In this document: positions 10,511 through 19,283 of the stretch, one piece after another | How positions within the stretch are numbered: the stretch's first letter is position 1 | Layout of the letters: every line of letters begins with the position of its first letter | Virus record (IMG/VR): IMGVR_UViG_3300022745_000026 | Span: 8,692-72,691 of that record | DNA: 64,000 nt | Strand: one strand, 5' to 3' | Source: a virus | Notes under the pieces: generated by a model | Told to the model about the DNA's origin: nothing | The model's database searches: none | What the model saw: only the letters and a program-made list of their open reading frames with translations | Made by a program: the position numbers and the translations under genes

Positions 10511-11197
10511 ATGGCATTAACTAAAATCACACCCGCATTTGAGTCACAAGACGAGACCTCTAGCGCAGCACCAGAAGCAGCAACAGTAACTACAGCAGTA
10601 GCAACTACCAAGCCTTCCGCCGTAGTCGCCAAGCCAAGCTTCAGCAGCATCACCAACCCGATTACAGGGCTGAAGGATGCAGTCAAGGTGGCTTATGATA
10701 GCTTGACCTGCCTCGTAGCATCTAACGGCAACTTCCTAGAGCGGGAGAGTAAAAAGTCAGTCGGTGACGAGATTGTGTTTGAGTTGCTTAGCTGGCAAGA
10801 TAGCTATGTTGTCCAAGCTGGCGATGACAAAGCTGAAAAAACTACAGTTCGGTATAGTGACGACGGCGTAGTCTGCTCGGACGGCACCTTGGTCAAAGAA
10901 CACCTTGAGACCTTACGGGAGCTTGGTTATGAGAAGGCAAGTGTAAAAGAGCGAGCAGTAGTAGTTGGGAGTGTAATCACTTGCACTAAAGGCCCACAAC
11001 TGGTTGACGACTTGGTTCAATTTGACCTGAGCCCCAAGTCCAAAGGCAAGTTTAGCCGATACCAGTTGATGGCTCTTAATGCGTTGCGACTCGGCAAGGC
11101 AACTGCTGAATCAGTTACAAAGGTTCGTGCTCGCACTGAGATAGCGCAGGCAGGTTCTAACGCCTACACGGTAGTTGTGTTTGAGATAGCTAATTGA
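10511..11197 (+). CDS. replication protein, possibly ssDNA-binding
   Basis: Own promoter; position in replication cluster; beta-rich core. Function inferred from context only. Confidence 0.45.
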   Translation: MALTKITPAFESQDETSSAAPEAATVTTAVATTKPSAVVAKPSFSSITNPITGLKDAVKVAYDSLTCLVASNGNFLERESKKSVGDEIVFELLSWQDSYVVQAGDDKAEKTTVRYSDDGVVCSDGTLVKEHLETLRELGYEKASVKERAVVVGSVITCTKGPQLVDDLVQFDLSPKSKGKFSRYQLMALNALRLGKATAESVTKVRARTEIAQAGSNAYTVVVFEIAN

Positions 11198-11201
11198 CAC
11201 T

Positions 11202-11903
11202 ATGGGCAGGCCAAACCTTAACGTAGTAGGTAAGGTAATTGGCACACTCAAGGTAGTAGCAGAAGGCACACGTACCGAAAAAGGGTATCAAAGGTATATG
11301 TGCCTCTGCACTTTGTGTGGTGCCGAATCACTGAGAGCGAAGTCGCACCTGATAGCCTCTACACCCTTGTACTGCAAACTTTGTCATATACCGGAGAGAC
11401 TGAGAGGGGTCGATAGCCCGTTGGCTTCACACGCTGGCTCTTACTCCTATACTTACACCAAGTGGAAACAAATGTGGGCTAGGTGCCGCAGGTACCCCAA
11501 CTATGCTACTCGTACCCCACAAGGGGCGTGGTCTAAGTACGAAAATTTCTTAGAAGATATGGGGGAGTGCCCAGACGGTATGACGTTGGAAAGGCGTGAT
11601 AACAATAAAGGTTACACATCCGACAACTGCTACTGGGCCCCTTACTCTAGGCAGCTGACAAACACCGGTCGTAACCTTTATGTGCATCTGAACGGTAGGT
11701 ACGTAACCTTCACTTTTGCCTGCGAATATCTAGGGTTAAGTGCCGGGTCAGTCTACAGGCGCCTAAGCAAAGGTGTTGGTATAAAGGAAGCGTTTTTGGG
11801 TAGGCTGGACAGTGATAGGTTCTTCAAGGGGACAGAAGCTCTACAAGTAGGCCTATCAGAATCGGAGTATCAACTCTTTATAAATAACTACACTGACTCA
11901 TAA
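11202..11903 (+). CDS. HNH homing endonuclease
   Basis: CLCTLCG zinc motif, WKQMWARC, TLERRDNNKGY...NCYWA; visibly AT-richer than flanks. Confidence 0.85.
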   Translation: MGRPNLNVVGKVIGTLKVVAEGTRTEKGYQRYMCLCTLCGAESLRAKSHLIASTPLYCKLCHIPERLRGVDSPLASHAGSYSYTYTKWKQMWARCRRYPNYATRTPQGAWSKYENFLEDMGECPDGMTLERRDNNKGYTSDNCYWAPYSRQLTNTGRNLYVHLNGRYVTFTFACEYLGLSAGSVYRRLSKGVGIKEAFLGRLDSDRFFKGTEALQVGLSESEYQLFINNYTDS

Positions 11904-11904
11904 G

Positions 11905-12555
11905 ATGAACAATTACCTAATTTTAGATACAGAGACAACTGGCCTGAACGGTTCAGTCTGTGAAATCGCATGGGTCACCATGGACGAGAACCTCAACATC
12001 CTCGACCAGCACGAGACCCTTGTGGACCCCGAGCGCCAGATTGAACCTGGTGCATTTGCCATTCATGGAATATCTAACGATATGTGCGATGGCAAACCTA
12101 AACTTGCTGATGTAGCAAAACTACTTCCAGAGTCTGGGTGGATGATTTGTCATAATGCACCCTTTGATACTCGAATGATTGCTAGTGTTTACACACCAGC
12201 AGCAACCCTATGCACTCTGGCCTTGTCCAGAAAATACATTACAGGCACCACCAACCACAAGTTGGCCACCCTGCAATCGGAACTTGGTCTACCCGACCGC
12301 AAGTCCCACTCGGCCTTGGGAGACATCTTGACAGTGCATGACTTGCTGCAGGTAATCCTGCCGAAGACCGGCACGACACTGGAAGCGCTGTTCAAGCGAG
12401 CCAGTGCGCCCAAGATGCTGCATGTCATGCCCTTCGGGAAGCACAAGGGTGTTCCAATCCTTAACGTGCCCGCAGACTACCGCGCATGGCTCTTGGGTAA
12501 AGCAGGGCTCGACCAAGACCTCAAATACACCTTGGAGAAAATGAAAAATGTTTGA
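11905..12555 (+). CDS. DEDDh 3'-5' exonuclease (ExoX-like) with MPFGKHKG C-terminal domain
   Basis: LDTETTG, HNAPFD, HSALGD, MPFGKHKG. Confidence 0.9.
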   Translation: MNNYLILDTETTGLNGSVCEIAWVTMDENLNILDQHETLVDPERQIEPGAFAIHGISNDMCDGKPKLADVAKLLPESGWMICHNAPFDTRMIASVYTPAATLCTLALSRKYITGTTNHKLATLQSELGLPDRKSHSALGDILTVHDLLQVILPKTGTTLEALFKRASAPKMLHVMPFGKHKGVPILNVPADYRAWLLGKAGLDQDLKYTLEKMKNV

Positions 12556-12973
12556 TGACATCAAGAAGTTCAATACGATGTACGGGTTCCCCTGCCCGGA
12601 CAAGCCCACCCTGCCAGACGGATTCCCCCTGAAGCTGCTCAACTTCACGAAGATTCTTCGTGATGAGCTGGATGAAGGGTTTGACATTATCGAAGCCTAC
12701 AACAAAGAAGGTTCGACTGATTTAGAAACCTTGACTAACCTTGCTGACTGGTTCTCTGATGTTATGATTTACTGTGCATCGGAGGGAACCAAGTATGGTC
12801 TTCCTATGCAACAGGTGATTGACATTATCATGCAGTCTAACTTCAGCAAGATGGGAGCAGATGGAAACCCAATCAAAGACCAGTATGGGAAACTACAAAA
12901 AGGACCTAATTATTGGAAGCCAGAACCAAAGATTTCACAACTTTTATCGGAGAAACTAAATGACAACACGTAA
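12548..12973 (+). CDS. MazG-like nucleotide pyrophosphohydrolase
   Basis: DELDE...LADWFSD...SNFSK...GKLQKGPNYWKP. Confidence 0.8.
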   Translation: MFDDIKKFNTMYGFPCPDKPTLPDGFPLKLLNFTKILRDELDEGFDIIEAYNKEGSTDLETLTNLADWFSDVMIYCASEGTKYGLPMQQVIDIIMQSNFSKMGADGNPIKDQYGKLQKGPNYWKPEPKISQLLSEKLNDNT

Positions 12974-13319
12974 AATGCCTCTTGTCCTCGTTCAAAAACG
13001 AGGCCGCCCAGCCAAGGAAGCACCAAAGGAAGTACCAAAGGCTGCTCCAACCTTGGTCACCATCCTAGCGGAGCGAGGCTCTCGCTACGGTACTTTCCAA
13101 GGCCACGCTAACGTCACACAAGACTTTAAGCGGCTGCTGAAGAAGCACTTGGATTCTCGAAATAAGGTGCTGACAGATACACAACAGGAAGCCCTTGAGA
13201 TGGTGTTCCACAAGATCGGACGAATCGTAAACGGAGATGCCAATTACGATGACTCTTGGACCGATGTGGCAGGATATTCAAAATTAGTTGCAGATGAGCT
13301 GCAAGGTAACATACGCTAA
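12960..13319 (+). CDS. conserved phage protein (DUF6378-like)
   Basis: ERGSRYG...KIGRIVNGD...DSWTDVAGY. Confidence 0.75.
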   Translation: MTTRKMPLVLVQKRGRPAKEAPKEVPKAAPTLVTILAERGSRYGTFQGHANVTQDFKRLLKKHLDSRNKVLTDTQQEALEMVFHKIGRIVNGDANYDDSWTDVAGYSKLVADELQGNIR

Positions 13320-13323
13320 AACC

Positions 13324-13348
13324 AAAGCCCTCTTCGGAGGGCTTTTCT
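13324..13348 (+). terminator. intrinsic terminator
   Basis: AAAGCCCTC-TTCG-GAGGGCTTTT with a UUCG loop. Confidence 0.85.
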
Positions 13349-13363
13349 TACATTAGGAAATAT

Positions 13364-16300
13364 ATGAAAATTGCATTCGATTGTTCATCAATTATGTGGA
13401 CATGCCTCTCAGTAGGCAAAGACCAAGAAGGTTTTAACGCTGTTACAGAAGACGGCAAAGATTACTGGATAAATACCCAAGCATACGGCTACGAGAACGC
13501 CGTAAACTCCATCATCACCTCTCTCAAGAAATTCAACCTGACCCCCAAGGATGCCATCCTTGTGTTCGAGGGCCAGTCCAGCAAGGTCATGCGCGGCATG
13601 ATCGACAAAGAGTACAAGGCCGGTCGCGGCAAGCGCCCCAACGAAGCCTACGTCGAGTTCAACAACCTCAAAGGGCAGTTGCAGAGCGTCTTCTTCAAGC
13701 TAGGTGCCCTGTCCCTGACACAAGATTACGTCGAGGGCGATGACATCCTTGGCTGGCTGGCCCAGCACACGGAAGAAGACCTTGTAATCCGCTCTGGCGA
13801 CGGTGACTTGGCTGTGCTATCCGGCGTCAACGCCTACGGCGCGACAATCCACACCAGCATCGGTGACCGCGACTTGGATGAGAACCCCTTTGGGCCGTTC
13901 GAGAACCGTTGGATTAGCGTGTACAAGGCGCTGGTCGGTGACTCCTCCGACAACATCAAGGGTATCAAGGGCTTTGGCCCCGCCGCCTTCGCTGAGTTCT
14001 ACCGCGACTACGGGGACGCCGGACTTGAAGAGCTGGCCCGCTTGGCTGAGATCGGCAACTTGGACGAGTTGCACCCCGAGTGCGGTGTCAAAGTGGTCAA
14101 GAAGATTTTTGACGGCTCTGCCGAGTTCATCAAGTCATGGAAGCTGGCCAAGATTCACACCGAGTGGGTCAATACCCTACAGAACCCGTTGAAGTGGTCC
14201 CCCGGCCTGATTCGCGGCAAGGTGGATGATGAACGGCTGGCGAAGTGGCAGGGGCAGTCCCACCTTGTCTCCGGCTCCAAGTGGGAGTCATTCAAGTCGT
14301 GGGCCAAGCCTCTGATTGCCCGGTCCGACTTCGTGGCACTGGACATTGAGACTTCAACACCTGATGAGTCTGACGAGTGGGTCGAGTCCAACGGGGGCAT
14401 CGTTGATGTCATCGGCTCTGAGTTGTCCGGTATGTCACTCACCTTCGGCGACAATCTGCAGTACACCGTCTACATCCCGGTGGACCACACAGACACCGAC
14501 TGCGTACCCCTCGACGACGTGGCCGACTTCGCCATGAACCTGGGCAAGCAGTTGGTCATCCAAAACGTGGCATTCGAGGGCCCGGTGCTCTATAACGCTT
14601 GGGGTGAGCGCTTCAAGAACAACAGCTACGAGGGCTACTTGCCCAACTGGTTGGACACCAAGCTGGAAGCCTCCTACGTCAACGAGAACGAGTCCTTGGG
14701 CTTGAAGAAGCTGGCCAAGATGTATTTCGGCTACGACCAAGTTGAGTACAGCGCTGTAACAACCTTGGAAGGCCCTATCGGCACCCTGCAGGGTGGCCAG
14801 TTGCTGAGCACCTTTGACAAGTGTGTCAAAGAAGCTGTAATCCGCGAGGTCACGGCGGCTGACGTAGAGATGGAATCACAGAAGTATGCCGTGGCAATGG
14901 ACGCATGGGAGCGAGACATGCGCTCACTGGACTGTGAGACTCCGAGGCCTACCGCCACGGTCTTGGTCGAAGGCGGCACAATCGAGGTGGAGCCAGCGGT
15001 CTTCGAGGCCACCGAGCGCCGCCAGTATAAGATGCGTGAGTTGTCCGCTGCACACGTCAAGTCCTACGCTTGTGATGACACCATCGTCACCGCCTCGTTG
15101 CACAACTTCTTCAAGTTGCACATGCAACTTGAGCACCACTGGAAGGTGTACTTGGACGTTGAGATTGACGCGTCTTACCTGCATGCCCAAAGCTACGTCC
15201 ACGGCGTTAAGGTTGACGTTGCCAAGCTCTACGAATTGGCGGAGCTGGATGCGAAGACCAAGGTTGACGCCGAGGCCGTGCTGCATAAGTACCTAGTCAC
15301 CCACGGGTGGGAGGGCACTGTTGCACCTGTGTTCGAGAAGCTGGACGCAGCGGCTATCAAGCAGGCAGCACTGATTTGTGGTCAAGAGCTGAAGACGGCG
15401 ATACGCACACCGGCAAAACTTGTCCCAATGATTCAGGACAAGCTCTTGGCAGACTTGGTGTCCGCTGATGACGCCGCCGCTGTGACATGCTACGTGCATC
15501 GCCGCTTCGTCGCCGCGCCGGAGTTCAACGCAGGCAGCCCCAAGCAGATTACCAAGTTGATGTACGACGTGATGGGCTTGCCCCTGCGCTTGTTCAACAA
15601 TGGGCCAGGTACACGCTCCAACGAAGCTATCCGCAACGCCATGGACGTGCCACTGACCTTGGAGGCCTACAACGCGATGCCGCCACCACCCGGTGCTCGG
15701 CTGCCAAACCCTTCGACGGACACTACGGCGATTGCCTATGCTTTGCTGGATGCTCCAGAAGAAGAGAAGGCTGCGCTCGAGGCCTTGAAGCTGATTAAGA
15801 TGGTTCAGACACGTAGTGGACTGTACTATGAGACTTACCCTAAGTTAGTCCACTGGAAGACCGGAAGAATTCACTCTAACCACAACCAGTGTGGAACTAA
15901 TACACGCAGGGCCAGTAGCTCAGCTCCAAACCTGCAACAGCTCCCAAAACATGCTAAGATTGAAGGACAAGCTGCAAGGTTCCGCGAGGTAATCGTGCCA
16001 CATAAGCGTAACGCCGTTATCGTCTCGATGGACTTCTCTAGTCAAGAGATTCTGCTCTTGGCTGAGTGGTCCAAAGACCCGGTTCTGCGTGAAGTATTCG
16101 TAGGTGACTCACCAAAAGATATGCACTCGATTACTGGCTTAGGCATTTACAACGGACGCAATGAGGCTATAACTTATGAGCAGTTTGTCGCAGCTAAGGA
16201 TGACAAGTCTAATCCACTTCATGAGGCTGTAAAAAAGTGCAGAGCTTTAGGTAAAGCTGTTAACTTCGGAAGCCAATATAGGATTAAGCCAGGAAAACTA

Positions 16301-16837
16301 AGTCGCATGCTGATGGTAAATAAACAGGATGCTACAGACATGCTTGAGGCTAAAGCTGTAGCCTTCCCAGTAGCTGAGGCATGGGCTGAGACCGAGATGG
16401 CAGCCATATATGAGCACGGCACCGTGAAGACCTTGTTGGGGGCTGTTCGCCACCTGGCCAAGATGATTGACCAAGCGTCCAGCGGGGATGAGGAAGGGCC
16501 CCAGCGCCAAGCCTTGTCGTTCCGAATCCAAGGCTCTGCAGCCGAGATGACCAAGTTGGCTGAAGGCCGTATGTGGAAGGCCCGACTGGAGCAGGTGTTT
16601 GACTGTGAGGTCATCGCACCGATTCACGACGAGTGTGTGTTCTCTGTAGCTGTCCCGGACTTGGTGCCCTTCATGGGCGCTGCCCATGCCTGCATGGTGG
16701 GTGATTATGCTGGCATGGAGTTGCCAATCAAGAGTTCCATCTCGTTCGGCCCGTCTTTTGGCGAGCAGATTGAGATTGGTGATTTGCCTGTCGAGGCTGC
16801 CATCGTCGGCGGCCTGAAGAAAATGGAGAAAGCATGA
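13364..16837 (+). CDS. polA: family A DNA polymerase with N-terminal 5'-3' nuclease and 3'-5' exonuclease domains
   Basis: EGDD, SGDGD, GDSSDNIKGIKGFG (5' nuclease); DIETS, YACDD (exonuclease); PNLQQ, DFSSQE, KAVNFG, IQGSAA, IHDE (polymerase). Confidence 0.93.
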   Translation: MKIAFDCSSIMWTCLSVGKDQEGFNAVTEDGKDYWINTQAYGYENAVNSIITSLKKFNLTPKDAILVFEGQSSKVMRGMIDKEYKAGRGKRPNEAYVEFNNLKGQLQSVFFKLGALSLTQDYVEGDDILGWLAQHTEEDLVIRSGDGDLAVLSGVNAYGATIHTSIGDRDLDENPFGPFENRWISVYKALVGDSSDNIKGIKGFGPAAFAEFYRDYGDAGLEELARLAEIGNLDELHPECGVKVVKKIFDGSAEFIKSWKLAKIHTEWVNTLQNPLKWSPGLIRGKVDDERLAKWQGQSHLVSGSKWESFKSWAKPLIARSDFVALDIETSTPDESDEWVESNGGIVDVIGSELSGMSLTFGDNLQYTVYIPVDHTDTDCVPLDDVADFAMNLGKQLVIQNVAFEGPVLYNAWGERFKNNSYEGYLPNWLDTKLEASYVNENESLGLKKLAKMYFGYDQVEYSAVTTLEGPIGTLQGGQLLSTFDKCVKEAVIREVTAADVEMESQKYAVAMDAWERDMRSLDCETPRPTATVLVEGGTIEVEPAVFEATERRQYKMRELSAAHVKSYACDDTIVTASLHNFFKLHMQLEHHWKVYLDVEIDASYLHAQSYVHGVKVDVAKLYELAELDAKTKVDAEAVLHKYLVTHGWEGTVAPVFEKLDAAAIKQAALICGQELKTAIRTPAKLVPMIQDKLLADLVSADDAAAVTCYVHRRFVAAPEFNAGSPKQITKLMYDVMGLPLRLFNNGPGTRSNEAIRNAMDVPLTLEAYNAMPPPPGARLPNPSTDTTAIAYALLDAPEEEKAALEALKLIKMVQTRSGLYYETYPKLVHWKTGRIHSNHNQCGTNTRRASSSAPNLQQLPKHAKIEGQAARFREVIVPHKRNAVIVSMDFSSQEILLLAEWSKDPVLREVFVGDSPKDMHSITGLGIYNGRNEAITYEQFVAAKDDKSNPLHEAVKKCRALGKAVNFGSQYRIKPGKLSRMLMVNKQDATDMLEAKAVAFPVAEAWAETEMAAIYEHGTVKTLLGAVRHLAKMIDQASSGDEEGPQRQALSFRIQGSAAEMTKLAEGRMWKARLEQVFDCEVIAPIHDECVFSVAVPDLVPFMGAAHACMVGDYAGMELPIKSSISFGPSFGEQIEIGDLPVEAAIVGGLKKMEKA

Positions 16838-17154
16838 CCGCAGACCAGAAGCCCGAAACCATTCAGCAGGTGCTATCAGAGTTGTTTGGCAACCCTTGTG
16901 GAAACATAACTCTAACATTTGAGTCGGCTGACCGACTCAATTTTGGAGGTTTTACACAGGCCACTAAGGTAGTAAACATAGACTTCCACCTATGGAGCGA
17001 TAGCGGTCTAGACTATGGCCCAGACTACCGGGTAGGGTCCGTGATAGTTACAAGTGCCAGTAGGCAGGACTTTATACACAGGCTCTGGCACTGCCGCGCT
17101 ACCCTTGTATATGGACCAGAAACAGACAGAATACTTAGGAGCTTACTAGCATGA
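16834..17154 (+). CDS. hypothetical protein
   Basis: ATGA overlaps at both ends. Confidence 0.5.
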   Translation: MTADQKPETIQQVLSELFGNPCGNITLTFESADRLNFGGFTQATKVVNIDFHLWSDSGLDYGPDYRVGSVIVTSASRQDFIHRLWHCRATLVYGPETDRILRSLLA

Positions 17155-17567
17155 CTACCACAAACCGAGGCAAGGTAGCTGAGGGTCAGGTGAAGAAGAT
17201 TCTGTCTTCTATCACTAGACAAGACTTCGCGTGGAACCGGCTGCCTGACGCCCACGCGGGGTCAAGGCAGCCGACCTTGGCCGACTTCCTACTTGTAAAT
17301 CGAGGGCTGCCGATTCTGCTTGAGGTAAAAGAGACAGCCCATGACTTTAGGTTACCCGTAGGTAACTTCAAGCTAGAGAATAGGGCTAGGATGCGGATAT
17401 TCCAATTAGCAGGTGCGAAGTGCGTTATACTGATACACCATAGTAAGACTAAAGTGTGGCGGTGTACCGGCCTTGACTACTTCGGTACGCAAGATACCGG
17501 GTCTTGGGACCTTAGAAATACATCAGAACTTAACTTAAAAGAGGCAATAGAATTATGCTTACAGTAA
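17151..17567 (+). CDS. PD-(D/E)XK Holliday junction resolvase-like nuclease (RecU-like)
   Basis: RGKVAE...ADF...LEVKET. Confidence 0.75.
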   Translation: MTTTNRGKVAEGQVKKILSSITRQDFAWNRLPDAHAGSRQPTLADFLLVNRGLPILLEVKETAHDFRLPVGNFKLENRARMRIFQLAGAKCVILIHHSKTKVWRCTGLDYFGTQDTGSWDLRNTSELNLKEAIELCLQ

Positions 17568-18274
17568 AACGCATTACCCGTCCAGGCCTTCCAGAGGCTG
17601 GACGTATTTTTGGAAACCTGACTCTAGTAGGCACCCATGAGGTCGTAGGTAAGCACAGGTATGTAGATGTAAAGTGTACTTGTGGAGTAGAGAAATCCGT
17701 TAGATTCGATGGCATACTCGCTGGTCAGGTGGTATCCTGTGGTTGTGTAAGAAATGAAAGAAACAGGGTTGTAAACTTACGACACGGCAAAGGAGGTAAG
17801 GTGGCCGGCAGACACCCCATGTACAATACATGGTCTGACATGATACAGAGATGCTCTAATAAAAAATCAGCTGTTTATAAGTATTATGGGGGACGAGGCA
17901 TTACGGTATGCGACGAGTGGTTGGATTTTTGCAATTTCGACAGAGACCTAGCTAGTACATGGTTTATCGGTGCTTCGCTGGAAAGGATAGACACTATGTT
18001 AGGGTACGCCCCAGCAAACTGTCGTTGGGCTACAATGGAAGAGCAACACGAGAACACTAGAAGAAGTTACTTATTGACTTTTGAAGGGAAGAGCTACTCT
18101 ACCAAAGCATTGGCTATACACCTAGGAATATCTGTTGACTCTTTACGCCGCAAACTAAGAATATACCACGACTATAGTCTAGAGGCTATAGTCCAGTCTA
18201 TACAAAATCACACATACCTACACGTAACAGGTACAGACTCTCCCAACCAATTTAAGAGGTACAAAACATGCTAG
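17555..18274 (+). CDS. HNH homing endonuclease
   Basis: CTCG, SCGC, YYGGRGITVCDEW, SLERID...NCRWAT; AT-rich. Confidence 0.88.
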   Translation: MLTVKRITRPGLPEAGRIFGNLTLVGTHEVVGKHRYVDVKCTCGVEKSVRFDGILAGQVVSCGCVRNERNRVVNLRHGKGGKVAGRHPMYNTWSDMIQRCSNKKSAVYKYYGGRGITVCDEWLDFCNFDRDLASTWFIGASLERIDTMLGYAPANCRWATMEEQHENTRRSYLLTFEGKSYSTKALAIHLGISVDSLRRKLRIYHDYSLEAIVQSIQNHTYLHVTGTDSPNQFKRYKTC

Positions 18275-19275
18275 TATGTTGCTCCGATTTACACTTGGGG
18301 GCTATTCGTAGCTCCGGTACTACACCAGCCACCCAGTGGGCTCTACGACAGCACGCACTGCAGGAATTTGCAGGCTTTCTTCCTACAGAAGGTGACCTAC
18401 TCATAAACGGGGACTTATTTGATACGGCAAATGTACCAATCAGTGATGTGCTAAAGACATATGAGATTCTTAGTGACTGGCTTGAGGCTCACCCCAGTTC
18501 TAAGCTGTACAACTCTGCAGGTAATCACGACCTAAGCAAGACTTCTACAACGCTTTCTAGTTTTCAGTTCCTAGGTAAGCTCCTAAGCCGAAACTTCCCT
18601 GAGCGCTATGTGCATATCGAGCAGCCGACCATGACACCCTACGGGTATGTGATTCCCCACTTGGTAAACCAAGATGTGTTCGACGCCGCTCTTGCAGCCA
18701 CACCAGAGTGTGAGTACGTGTTCCTGCATGCCAACTACGATAACTTCTTTGCCAAGCAGGCGGACCAGAGCTTGAACGTCTCCAAAGAGCAGGCCGCAGC
18801 CCTGCCCTGCAAGACAGTTATCTTTGGTCACGAGCACCATGCTAGACGCTTGGGCAAGGTCCTGATTCCGGGTAACCAACTGGCTACCTCGGTCTCTGAC
18901 TGGCTCTCAGACGGCGATAAGTACAAGGTGGTCATCCGTGGCGGCTTTGGGGTTCACTTCGAGACGACAGCCCTCCGGGACCAAGAGTTTATCGAGATGA
19001 GCTGGCGTGACCTGCATCCCACCGGGCACAAGTTCATCCGAGTGAGCGGCAGTGCGGCGCAGGAAGAGGCCCACGAAGTTGTCAATGCCATAGCCGCCTT
19101 CCGGCGCACATCCGAGGCATTTGTCATCACCAACGCAGTGCAGATTGCAAGTGTCGAAGGCTTGTCCGCTGACTTTGAATCAACCCTGGAAGCTGCTAAG
19201 GGCTTTGATGTCATCAAGTGTCTGCTTGAGACGCTTGACACTGAAGAGCGGGTTGTTGTTGAAAATCTACTTTAG
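18268..19275 (+). CDS. SbcD/Mre11-like metallophosphoesterase nuclease
   Basis: SDLHLG, GDLFD, GNHD, GHEH. Confidence 0.9.
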   Translation: MLVCCSDLHLGAIRSSGTTPATQWALRQHALQEFAGFLPTEGDLLINGDLFDTANVPISDVLKTYEILSDWLEAHPSSKLYNSAGNHDLSKTSTTLSSFQFLGKLLSRNFPERYVHIEQPTMTPYGYVIPHLVNQDVFDAALAATPECEYVFLHANYDNFFAKQADQSLNVSKEQAAALPCKTVIFGHEHHARRLGKVLIPGNQLATSVSDWLSDGDKYKVVIRGGFGVHFETTALRDQEFIEMSWRDLHPTGHKFIRVSGSAAQEEAHEVVNAIAAFRRTSEAFVITNAVQIASVEGLSADFESTLEAAKGFDVIKCLLETLDTEERVVVENLL

Positions 19276-19283
19276 GAAATAAA

